Shown here piece after piece: positions 35,948 through 47,204 of a DNA stretch of 64,000 nucleotides (position 1 is the first letter of the stretch; every line of letters starts with the position of its first letter). The stretch is taken from the NCBI RefSeq assembly GCF_000143415.4, contig NW_003314290.1, positions 1,222,932 through 1,286,931 on the forward strand, read 5' to 3'. The translations under genes and the position numbers were made by a program. The stretch is from Selaginella moellendorffii. Taxonomy: Eukaryota; Plantae; Lycopodiophyta. The notes beneath the pieces were generated by a model. That model was not told the DNA's origin, ran no database searches, and worked only from the letters and a program-made list of their open reading frames with translations.

Positions 35948-37255
35948 CTAGTCAGAATCCATTGGGTCCTCCTCTGCCTCTTGATCTTCAGATTCCTCCC
36001 CAACAAACACTGCACTTTGCAATGAAACTCAGAGCCCGTGAATGCAAATAAGGAACCAGACACTGTGCCTTTCCATGTCGTCCTCGAAAGAAGCACCCGC
36101 TATCCACTGCATCCGAGAGTGGCGCAATGGCTCTTCCTGCTATAGCAGTGAGCTCGCCAGCGCGTGCTTCTGCTCTTCCATATGTAGTGGTGGAGCAAGT
36201 CTATTGTGCCTCTAAAGGCTTGCTTGTCCAGAATGAATTGAGCAACCACCCTTGGCACCCAGCCTGTTTTTTGATACATAGATCTTGCACGCTTACGGAG
36301 CTCCTCCTCGTTGGTTCCTCCAGTTACCCGAGAGATGAACTTGCATACTTCCTTCTTTTGGAAGTTGAAGTGATCAGAGAGTGAATGAAAACGAATTTAC
36401 TCACATAAAATCCTCCAGCCGCGAAGTAATACCTCGCCAATTCTTTCAGTACCAGCTTCCTCAATTTGCTTCCGGCAGATGCACAGAAGATGAGCTTCAC
36501 GTTCCTTTTCTGGAGTAACAGAAGAAACGTGAAAGCAGATCTCTTGGCATTTCTCGTCTCATTGGTGTCCGTGTCTTCATCATCAAGCACTTTCCATCAT
36601 AAAGAATTATGTGCAGTCTCGCTCCTCAAATATAAAATCGGTTCAGATCGTATTTTCTTTCAGAATTCAAGTCTTGAAGCATCGCAGGAGCCTCAGGGTC
36701 CTTGATGTAGGCCAAAAAATGCAAACAGCGTTTCACGAGAATTCCAAGCAAAGCTTTCACCCGAGAGCAGTAAGAAGCGATGGTTTGAAACATTATATGA
36801 ATCAGGATCCCTGCAAACGCAACACAGCCATCAATCAGCCCATGCAGCACGAACTCAAGTTATTACCATTCTCTCTCACTCTTTCCAGCTGCATCACCAC
36901 CGTCTTAGCTTTCAATCCATCCGCCGTGTCACTGGACTGACCCAGTTTAGCAAGAACAAGAATGCAACATGTACTGTGCTAAATACCTCTCCGCTGCATT
37001 TCCTCCATGGCTTTCACACTCCGAAGATAAAGGTAAGTAACCGTGGTGATAAGGCTAACAGTTTTCCCGTAGCCCGGGGTTCCTGAAATGTACTTCAGGC
37101 CATCTTTTCTGTTGGTGTAGTACAATGGTGCTTCCAAATCTTCCACAGCTTGCCAGTATGTCTACGACCCATGTAGTGAAACGATGCTACTCCGAAATCT
37201 GCATCTGCAAGTTCATGCCACAGTTCTAAATCCATCACCTGCATGCCATGTCTCC
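35948..37255 (-). pseudogene. Second decayed CR/RHS-like P-loop NTPase gene
   Basis: Manual translation: ..FHYMGRRH[frameshift]WQAVEDLEAPLYYTNRKDGLKYISGTPGYGKTVSLITTV (Walker A at 37083-37060), followed by broken minus-strand frames ending in an acidic tail EESEDQEAEEDPMDSD*. Confidence 0.55.
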
Positions 37256-37368
37256 AAAGAGAAACTCGCATCTCTCCTTGACATCCAAGGAAAAGGTTTC
37301 ACCTTCCCTCTTCATTAATTGAATTTTTCAAATTTGGTCTTGGTATCTTTTCTTTTTTATCCCATTTG

Positions 37369-39002
37369 TTATCTTGGATCCAAATTTCTCTGGGCTGACT
37401 TTAACCATGCTTGCCTTGCATTCTTGTCCATCAGGACGAAGTGTACCTACACACAGCAAAAAAAATAGAGAGTTAAAGGTCATACAAACATTCATATATT
37501 TGTTATGTACTTCTTCAAACCCAGCAGCATTTTCAGATACTGTTCTCAAAGCAATCTCAGCACCTTCATACACAGGGTATCTGCCAAAAAAAAGGAGCAT
37601 AGCTTTAGCAAAGAAAGATTATAAAGCGAAGAAAAGCGAGAAACTAATGTTCAGCTTTTACCCGTAAATTCCACACGAGATGGCTGGAAATGCAATGCAT
37701 TTGACGCCTTTCTCTCTCGCAAGCTCGAGTGAGTTGCTGTTAAGAGCAACTGGTCAGGCAAAAAAGCAAAAGATTCTACTTAAGAGATGTTACATACCAG
37801 TATGCGTCTCGCAGCAAAGCTGCTGCTTTCATCCTGGTAGATCTGTGATACGTCGGCCCAACCGTGTGGATGATCCGCCGGACAGGCAATCGAAAGGCAC
37901 TGCGAGCGATCGAAAGAGAAAACTTTTGTCCAAGAAGAGATTGAAACTTACGGCGTTTCTCTAGCTTGTCCCACAGGGCAGCGTGTTCTTGGTGCCACCA
38001 GAGGCAATGTTTTGCAGGCTTTGTAAAGATCTGGTCCCGCCGCGTCATGGATCGCTGCAAAGCAAAAGAAAGGATAAGAGAAATTCTGGAAGAACAACAC
38101 TTCGCAAGGATCCCCACATAATTCTCAAGCTTTTCGAGCTATAGGTGAAAGAACTATAGGTGAAAGAGCTATAGGTGTCTTCATGGATTTATGGACAAAG
38201 AGAATCTATGACCAAGAAAAGAAATCCAAAAGACCATGATATAAGAGAAAGAGATCAAGAATCCAGTCCCAGAAAGAAAAGAACGAAGCTTACCTCCATC
38301 TACGCCGCCTCCACCAAGCATGAGCTCGTTAGCGGCATTGACGATTGCATCGCTATGGCCATCCTTGAACCAGCGCGTGATATCTCCGCCCTGGATCACC
38401 AGCTTGCATGAATCCGTGAGCTCAAACTCCGCCACCTGTCTGGGAGGAGGGATTGTTTTCATCCACGCCGTGGAAAAGTTCATCACCGCCTCCTTCAACT
38501 TAGCATCTCTCCTCTCCTCTTTCAGTCGATCTCTTCGTGAATGAGGGAGTACAGATTGATCGACACCGCCGCGATACGAGGGGATCATTACCCCTGTCTT
38601 CTCGAAAGTTTTGCTGCTACGCGTCGTGAAGCATGGTTCTTCACAGGCGGCATTTGCAAGCAGAGGAAGATCTCGGCGATGGCGGTCAGGATTTTCAAGT
38701 GAGCGATTCTCGTTATTGGCATTTGCTGTTTCTATCTTTTTTGCGCTTTCTTGTGCTTGGCGAAGCTCCTCCCGATCAAAAAGTGAAGACATGATGTTAT
38801 AACGAAGCACGATTGAGAGGAGCCACTCTTTAAGCGTCTCACGCGGTTTCTCCACCTCAAGCTTATCCTCAAAACCCCAAAAGTCAGCAATAAGCTCCCA
38901 ATCCCCCAACTCGGCATCCTCAAAGTCTTTCTTTGTTTCCTCCCTCACATCCATGAATTCTTCACCAAAGATGCATCCATCCCATCCATTACCTGACTCC
39001 AT
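37369..39002 (-). CDS. Macrodomain (MacroD/YmdB-type ADP-ribose hydrolase) with a long novel N-terminal extension, 6 exons
   Basis: GGDITRW..DAIVNAANELMLGGGGVDG|AIHDAAG, CPVGQA, IIHTVGP, CIAFPAISCGIYG|YP, VHFVL. Confidence 0.88.
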
Positions 39003-39046
39003 CTTTTCTTCTCCTTGTTCTTTATTAGGGCGGAATTATAATATAC

Positions 39047-39048
<2 letters not shown>

Positions 39049-39080
<32 letters not shown>
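39049..39080. repeat. (ATT)n microsatellite
   Basis: Directly visible trinucleotide run. Confidence 0.95.
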
Positions 39081-39082
<2 letters not shown>

Positions 39083-39115
39083 ATAGGGGAATAATAGTTA
39101 AAGTTCCAATCTAGC

Positions 39116-41265
39116 TTAATGCTCTGGAATCCTTCGAGATGAAGTGGAAACACACTTACTACTAGACGAGACGTAGCGCATGAGGAGCTTGAGAGCTTTG
39201 CCGCTATCAATCGCTTCTCTCGCTCTCTCGATCGCGGCGAATGGGTCGCTGACTCCGCTGCATCCCAGAAGGTTGTCTACCATGGCAGCGTTGAAGACAA
39301 TGCGATCGTAAGCCGCGCCTTTGACACCCCTCAGAGCTGTCAAGCCGTGCTCAATGTTGTTCTCTAGCTGCCTCTGGAACACAGCAAGTTATTGAAGTTA
39401 GTTATCACAATGCTTACCGGCCTTTCCAGTCTGGGTGTCAGTGTTGATTCAAAGTGAAAGTCTGTAGCGTTTAGAGTTTTGCTGAAAGTTTCACGAAGTA
39501 TACCTGGAGAGAACTCACAATGCCACATCACTATAGATAAAATATTACCATCAATGTTTTGTGCAGTAACGTTGGAGGTAGAGCTTGGTGGACGAAATCC
39601 AGCACAAAAGTTCAATGGATGACCTCTGATGGTGGCATCAGGAGATGGTGATTTTGTCGTCAAAGACAATGCCCCTTCTTCACCCTGCCAAACGGGTGTA
39701 GCTGGGCTGAGCCACGATCAAGAAAACGTTTTGCTTACTTTTACTATAAGACCAGCATCAACTCCTCTCCTGCGCATAAGCATCAACAAAGGTTCTTCGT
39801 ATCCCTGGTGATAAAAACCTGTGACAATTGCTTCCCGGCCAGATGCCTGCCATGCTTTTGCTGAAAAGGATAAAAAATATGGAAACCAAAGCAATACCTT
39901 CACGTACCGCTGGACCTTCTCAGTGGTGGCCACGGTTGGTCTCTTTTTTATGTGCTCCCTAATGGCCAGAAGAGAATACCTGCCATCATTGAGAACTATC
40001 AGCAACTAAGACGATTTCATGTCCAACCTTACAAGGACTTTCGTGCTTCTCGTTGACTAACGTAAGCAAAACCAACATCCTGCACAAACCATGCCTAAGT
40101 AGTGCGTCGATCAGAATGCTATGAGGACGCACCTCAAGAAGACTTGCGGCTTCTGCAGGGGACAGCGTTGTAGCAGCGCCCAACTTGTTGAGCATCTGTT
40201 CTTCCGTCACTCCCCACTGTAACAAAGTTCGTCAGAATGCCAGTAGAAGTAGAGCACTCCTACCTTAGGAGGCATGCGATCGACACCATGGAGCAGACAA
40301 CACTCACCATAGCTCGCTCGCACGGCGGCCACGAACAGGGTGCTCCGGAAGAACCTGGTATTCCCATCATACGGCTCGCCATAGTGAGTCAAAGAGCTCA
40401 CGTTCGCAACAGGAAGCTCGCCTGGAAGAATGAAACGTCAAAGAAGAAAAACCAAGAAGAGGAACTTTACCAAGCTCGTCGTCGAATGCCATGCAAAACG
40501 CTTTGAGCTCCCGGTCTGTCTCCCCATTCATTCGCAGAGCAATCAAGAACGCTGCCACCAACACATCACTGACTTTCGATCCATCGCCATCTTCCCCAAG
40601 TGGGAGCAAGTCTCTCAAGATGCCGACGATCTCTTCAAAGCCAAGATGGTCGCCGCGTAGCATCTCCCGGAGAGCACCAACGAGGCGCATCTCCACGGGG
40701 CCTCGGCCGACAAAGCTCAAGCCAGAGTGTAGCACATCCTCCATCAGAGTACCGTCGGGATCGGCCACGAAGAGCACGTCGGGGGGCAAGACCTGGACGA
40801 GCTGCGGCCAAAACTGCCGCATGGCCTTGCGCTCTCCCTCGCTCCACTGCGTGTCGCGAGGAAACGAGGCCGATCGGATCGCCATCGCGGCGAAGAACGC
40901 CCCCAGCTGCGCTCCCGAGACGCGCTCATCGTCGGGAATCTCTTCCCTGGCTGCAAAGAAATGGGAAAATTTTCGCTTTGCCCGGGAAATATTTCGCGCA
41001 AACCTGATCGAGCGATCGTTTGCAGCACCTTGAAGGCTTGATCCTCGCCCAGCGGCCGCGTCTGCGTCTGCCCCGTGCACACGCGCCCCTGCGCTTCCAG
41101 AACCAGCGGATTTGGAGCTGCCGGTGCTCGATTCTTTGCCGCCAAGGCAGTGGAATGCCGCTGCTCCACCGCCTTGCAGGAGAGCCTAGCTGGTGAATCG
41201 CCGGGAGAAGAAGGGGAGGAAGAATGCGCGAGGAGGCGCAGCCCACCCGCTGTACAACAAGCCAT
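39116..41265 (-). CDS. Anthranilate phosphoribosyltransferase-like (glycosyltransferase family 3, plastid TrpD-like/YbiB-like), multi-exon
   Basis: Transit peptide, VCTGQTQTRPL, SGAQLGAFFAAM, LTHYGEPYDGNTRFFRSTLFVAAV, REHIKKRP, GFYHQGYEEPLLMLM, GAAYDRIVFNA, AREAIDSGKA. Confidence 0.88.
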
Positions 41266-41464
41266 TGACAAAGGTTTAGGGCTCCCTTGGCCTGGCGGTA
41301 ATCGGACGGCCTGGATGAAGTCAAATTAATAATTTATGTTTAGCCTGAATTTTTTGATGGTTTGAGTGGACGGCCTGGATGGTTTGATCGGACGGCCAGT
41401 CTGGGTTTGATCGGAAAATGCCCGAAATAGAATAAATCGAGCTCATCGATCGCAATATCCCATT

Positions 41465-41772
41465 TCTAACCAGAGCGCTCAGAACTAGAATTTCTCAACA
41501 CGCTGTGGATTCAGACTGTTGAGCTTGACAAAAAATTCTTGTTTAGTTAGGAAATCTAGAAATCGCCGAGAACAAGAAGAGAGAGAGCGCGCGCTCAGAG
41601 AAAGCTACCGTTCAACGAGCGCCTCAAGGGCGCCCTCCTACAAGAGGTGTCAGATTGGAGCAAGAAGCTCATCACGAGCAAGAAAGAAGAACCCTAAACG
41701 AGGAACCCTAAAAGAGGACGGCTAAAGATGAGCTATTTTTAAAGCATCTGGCATCCCTAATTTTGATATTTG
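41465..41772 (+). repeat. Direct duplicate of the upstream/5'UTR region (about 43405-43725) of the heme-binding gene
   Basis: Near-identical ttctaaccagag...ctcagaactagaa...aaagcatctggcatccctaattttgatatttg in both places. Confidence 0.9.
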
Positions 41773-41784
41773 TCCTCCTCTCCA

Positions 41785-43330
41785 TCAATGGTCGAAATCC
41801 AGCACAAAAGTTCAATAAATGACCTCTAGGGGATGGTGATTTTGTCATCAAAGGCAATGACCCTTCTTCACCCTGCCAAACGGGTCTAGCCGGGCTGAGC
41901 CACAATCAAGAAAACGTTTGCTTACTTTTACTATAAGAGCAGCAGCAACTCCTCTCCAGCATTCTGATCATCGCAGTACTTAGGCAATGGTTTGTGCAGG
42001 ATATTTCTTACGTTAGTCAACCAGAAGCATGAAAGTCCTTAAAAACATGAAATCGGTCTTAGTTGCTGATAGTCCTCAATGATGGCAGGTATTCTCTTCT
42101 GGACATTAGGGAGCACATAAAAAAGAGACCAACCGTGGCCACCACTAAGAAGGTCTAGCGGTATGTGAAGGTATTGCTTTGGTTTTCATAGTTTTCATCC
42201 TTTCAAGGCAGACATTTGGCCGGGAAGCAATTGTCACAGGTTTTTATCACCAGGGATACGAAAAACCTTTGTTGATGCTTATGCTTAAGAGAGGAGTTGA
42301 TGCTGGTCTTATAGTAAAAGTAAGCAAAACGTTTTCTTGATCGTGGCTCAGCCCGGTTAGACCCGTTTGGCAGGGTGAAGAAGGGGCATTGTCTTTGACG
42401 ACAAAATCACCATCTCCTGATGCCACCATCAGAGGTCATCCATTGAACTTTTGTGCTGGATTTCGTCCACCAAAGCTCCACCTCCAACGTTGCTGCACAA
42501 AAACATTGATGGTAATAATTTATCTATAGTGATCAGGGCATTGTGAGTTCTCTCCGGGTATACTTCGTGAAACTTTCAGCAAAACTCTAAATGCTACAGA
42601 CTTTCACTTCAAATAACTTCAACTTCGATTGTTTCTCTTGTGATAACTAACTTCAATAGCTTGCTGTGCTTCAGAGGCAGCTAGAGAACAACATTGAGCA
42701 CGGCCTGACAGCTCTGAGGGGTGTCATAGGCGCTGCTTACGATCGCATTGTCTTCAACACTGCCATGGTGGAGCCAGCGACCCATTTGCCGAGATCGAGA
42801 GAGCGAGAGAAGCGATTGATAGCGGCAAAGCTCTCAAAGCTCCTCATGCGCTACGTCTCGTCTAGTAGTAAGTGTGTTTCCACTTCATCTCGAAGGATTC
42901 GAAGCTACCCTAATAATAATAATAAAGTATATTATAATTCTGCCCTAATAAAGAACAAAGAGATCTTTGGTGAAAAATTCATGGAAGTGAGGGACCTCAA
43001 AAGTCTTCAAGCTTATCCTCGAAAGGAAACTTTGATGTGCGGTCCAAAACCAAGGATGCCGAGTTGGGGGATTGGGAGCTTATTGCTGCATCATCGCGCA
43101 AACCTGATCGAGCGATCGTTTGCAGCACCTTGAAGGTTTGATCCTCGCTGCCGCGCCTGCGCCTGCGTCTGCCCCCTGCGCTTCCAGAACCAGCGGATTT
43201 GGAGCTGCCGGTGCTCGATTCTTCGCCGCCAAGGCAGTGGCCTTGCAGCTGCAAGGCCATTCAAATTAATAATTTAGGTTTAGCCTGAATTTGTTGATGG
43301 TTTGATCGGACGGCCTGGATGGGTTTCATC
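41785..43330. pseudogene. Scrambled partial duplicate of the TrpD-like and macrodomain genes
   Basis: 41785-41957 is a direct copy of about 39590-39770. About 41960-42900 is an inverted copy of about 40120-39130, introns retained. About 42910-43090 is an inverted macrodomain 5' fragment. About 43095-43320 is a deleted direct copy of about 40995-41390. Confidence 0.85.
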
Positions 43331-43729
43331 GGCTTCACTTATGCCCCAAATCGAGCTAGAAAGTATCGATCGAGCCCCTGGATTTCATCGCAATCTGCGA
43401 GGTTTCTAACCAGAGTGCTCAGAACTAGAATTTCTCAACACGCTGTGGGTTCAGACTGTTGAGCTTGACAAAAAATTCTTGTTTAGTTCATCCCAGCACA
43501 GGAAATCTAGAGATCGCCGAGAACAAGAAGAGAGAGAGAGCGCGCGCTCAGAGAAAGCTACCGTTCAACGAGCGCCTCAAGGGCGCCCTCCTACAAGAGG
43601 TGTCAGATTGGAGCAAGAAGCTCATCACGGCGCAAGAAAGAAGAACCCTAAACGAAGAACCCTAAAAGAGGACGGCTAAAGATGAGCTATTTTTAAAGCA
43701 TCTGGCATCCCTAATTTTGATATTTGACT

Positions 43730-45254
43730 ATGGCGCTCTTCCTCGCCCTCTTTCTCGGAGCTTCTCTCCTCTCCTCTGCTAGGGCTCATGGCGATCACAA
43801 GGAGAATGCAGCGCAATGCCGCGGCCCGGCGTCGAATCTGGCAGTCGTCTCCGCGGAATACATTCCCGGGAAGATCACTGTGGATGGAGCTGCCGCCGAT
43901 TGGGATGCGGTGGAAGGGATCCAGTTCTCGCTGTACCCGGCGTTGGATCCAGCGTCGGGCGATCCTTATCCAGGCAAGATGACCGTCAAGGTAAACGAGT
44001 GATTGGCAAATTGGACTGGAATTTCATCGTGGAGGCCACACAGGCTGCTCACGATGGTCGCGATCTCTTCTTTCTTCTGAAAATCCCAGGGAGCTATCAG
44101 TACAAGCAGAGGTCAGCGCTCTTTTATTTTCTTCTTCTTCTTCGTTTCTATCATGTGAATCTCTTTTCTTTCCTTTCTACAGTGTAAAACGCGCAAGTCC
44201 TTCGGTAGCTCTCATGTTTCCCATCGGTGATGACGCGACTTACGTCGATGTCAGTCGAGAAAACCATCTCTCTTTTTGCTTCACTTCACTTCTATGATCA
44301 TCTGCAGATGGGAGGTTGCTCAGAGAGCTTGAATTGCTCGAAACAAAGCTGTGGAGGTCACGAAGTGGATATAATGCATTTCTCCATTAGCGATGCCGTC
44401 CCTGGTCGGAGCTATGGCGCAAACCTTGCGGACAATCTCAATGGAACTGGCCGGGACAGGTACTCGTCTTGTTTCTTTCCCTTTTTTTCTTGCCGAGACT
44501 TAAGTACTTTCTCGTAGCACTGGAAGCCTTCACGATCTCTACGCTTGGAATCCTCATTGCCGCTATTACGATGGCATCGGTCCAAATGGTTCGTGAATGT
44601 TTTGGTAGTCCCACGCTCTTGTAATTCTCTATAGTTTTCTTGTATCTTTGTTTGCAGGACCGGAAGCGAACGGTGGTGCACAAAACGATTGGAAGGGAGT
44701 TTGGAGCCATACCAGCATCGAAAACCAATATGGTAATAGCGAAAACCGCGTAGGAAAAAATCATTCTTTTGGACTGTGGCATTAGGATTGACAACTGCGG
44801 ATAGTCCATACGGAGCATCAGCTAGCGCTGGAAGCTACATTTTCGAGTTCTCGAGACCGTTACAAACGTCAGATCGCCTCCAACAGGTCCTCACTCGATT
44901 ATCAGTCGCTCTTTTCCTCACAGCTTCTTTTTCTCTCTCTGTCTCTCTTACTGTTTCAAACAGGATGCTCAGTTTAGCATTGGAAAGAGCCACAGATTCG
45001 CTTCAGCGTTCTGGTTCCCGGTGAACAACGTGGAATGGAGTCCAATGCAGCACTTCTCGATGAACTGCGAGTGGACTCCTCTGAGAATCGTGGCTGCCGA
45101 GAACGAGAGAGCCGAATCGGCCATCCTTGCCACATCCATCAGCACCTTTTCGCTCGTCTTCGCGGTGGGATCGATGCTCGTCTCCGCCGCGATTGCCTGG
45201 TGGGTGAAAACTAACAAGCAGGGCCGATTTACACCCATTAGCGACACCTTGTGA
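43730..45254 (+). CDS. Secreted/membrane DOMON-like heme-binding protein (plant cytochrome b558/566-like family), multi-exon
   Basis: Signal peptide, PGKITVDG..DW, AHDGRDLFFLL, MGGC, HEVDIMHFSI..PGRSYGAN, GSYIFEFSRPLQTSDRLQQD, C-terminal transmembrane helix. Confidence 0.82.
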
Positions 45255-45542
45255 CAATGATTATGATTTAATATCTTTAAATTCCATATGTATAGAAAAA
45301 ATCGCAAGATAAAAACGAAGAAGAAGCTCCTGCTAGCTTCCTGAGATTGCACTGGAGCCGAGAACGTAGTCCAAGAAATCCATAAACAAAAATTGCCCTA
45401 TATAACACTTGAAGCTTAAACTCGAGATCATCCAGGAACACTTCATTTTGGGTGCAACTCTTAAAATCATTTTATTACTCCAAGCTCAAGCAATTTTCGG
45501 GCTCAAACATACCCAATTTCTTTCCTCTTAGGGAGTTTCTAG

Positions 45543-46688
45543 TTATAAATAGCACTTAAAACGTTTCCGAACTGCATAGGCCTCAAGAATAGCGCCATCC
45601 ATCCTCATACCATACTGCAGAAGAGCAAGATCATGAGACTGTAGAAAAAAGCAAGGAAGACTGACCAGCTTCGCCCGCAGGAGGTCCCTTCGTTTACAAA
45701 CCTCGACATAATTGGGTATTCGCTCCATCATATACCTGGACCGACACAGAGAAAGGAAAGAATTAGAGAGGGTAATTCGATGGTGTTTTCCCTACATGTT
45801 TTCCGCTGCTGCAACAAGATCGTCTCTCGGCCCAGAACGTAGGGCCGAGTAGGACAAGTCAGGGAGGGCCTTGTATACTGGCAGCCGGGTGTTGATCATC
45901 CAGCAGTAAGCGTGGTACATGCATGTCTGCACAGGGAAATATATGTGTTACATGTCATTCCAGAACGAGAAACTACTTACTATCAAAGCATGGTCGTGGG
46001 GGCTGATGGACTCTGGGGGCCTTGCAGTCAAGAGCAAGCTGGTGAAAGGGCTAGTGTTGATCGCCTGGATCAACTGGGAGAGGGCATGCACGTCGTCAAT
46101 GCACGTACCGGTTGGCGGCGGGTACGAATGACAGAACTCGGGGACCCGCCTCCACTGGAAGACGTAGCCGCCTGTTTTGTACTCGTGGAGCACATCTCGC
46201 AGCAGCCGCAGGAGAACTCGGTCCTTCGTCTTTTTGTAGAGCCGCGTGATGCAGCGCACCGTCTGGCTGCATCGGGAGGGCTGCTCGTAGTGGAAGTAGG
46301 CCGAGTCCATGATCCGGTCTAGGATTGGAATGGCTGGGGATGCTTCGAGTTCCTCCAGCTGGGAGGATTGTAAAACCCGAAGAGAAAGCGACGAGATGTA
46401 GCGAAGATCCTCGTCGGTGACACCGTTTGTGGGATCGAGCCGAACGTAGAGTTCGCGCTCTTGAAGGCTGTCAAAGAGACGACCACAGTAGAGAAGCTGG
46501 ATGAGACGGCCCAGCTTGCCCAGTCCGCCCCAATCGAAGAGAAAGTTGGTCTGGCACCTGGACACCAGATAGGCTTCCTCGTCCTCATGCTTCCACGACT
46601 CGACAAGAGCCCTAACCAATTTTTTCTTACCGCCCAGCTCCCTCTGGTGGACCATAGCCAAGTCCTTCTGCCGCATCTTTCTCTCCAT
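45543..46688 (-). CDS. Lineage-specific unknown protein, multi-exon (copy 1 of 3)
   Basis: 246-aa first-exon ORF followed by short exons with GT-AG boundaries (NTRLPVYKALPDLSY.., YMMERIPNYVEVCKRR.., YGMRMDGAILEAY..); no recognised domain. The 3' end is uncertain. Confidence 0.5.
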
Positions 46689-46719
46689 TTACCCTAACAC
46701 GAGACACCTATTTATTCTT

Positions 46720-46872
46720 GTTTCGGTACTTGCCCTTATTTTATCAAATCCCATTTATAGCCTACCTTTTTACTCAGCTTGTGAGAAATTTTATTCTTGT
46801 TCCGGTACTTGCCCTTATTTTATCTAATCCCCTTTATAGCCTACCTTTTTACTCAGCTTGTGAGAAATTTTA
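46720..46872. repeat. Two-copy tandem duplication (about 80-bp unit)
   Basis: ...cggtacttgcccttattttatc..atccc.tttatagcctacctttttactcagcttgtgagaaattt is repeated; the paralogous region at about 56420-56495 has one copy. Confidence 0.85.
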
Positions 46873-47204
46873 ACTTTTGGCACCTAATTCACATGAACAT
46901 GACAAATGGGTATCTTTTGGGACAGGTGTATGGCCTCACGCAAATAGGGATGACACGTAACCTCAAACACCTAGAGTAGAGAATTCTTTTGTTTCTCTTA
47001 TTTTGTAAGTTGGATGTTTTTCAGTATTTGCAAGTCCCCTTTAACACAAGAATTTCATATGACCTCAAAGGATGAGACATTTTAACTTTTTGCACCTATA
47101 TTTCTGCCCCAACATATCTTGGGACAGATGTCTTGACGTATGGCCACGTAACTTTAATTGACTCAAACACCTAGAGTAGAGAATTTCTAGATTTGAATAT
47201 TGCT

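Noticed and set aside
39116-41265. TrpD-like, GH100 and macrodomain genes as bacterial contamination or recent HGT
   Set aside because: All have spliceosomal introns and belong to families widespread in plants.
41300-41415. Repeated gatcggacggcc(t/g)ggat motif, also at about 2615 and 43305
   Set aside because: Short degenerate intergenic motif; no function can be supported from the sequence alone.
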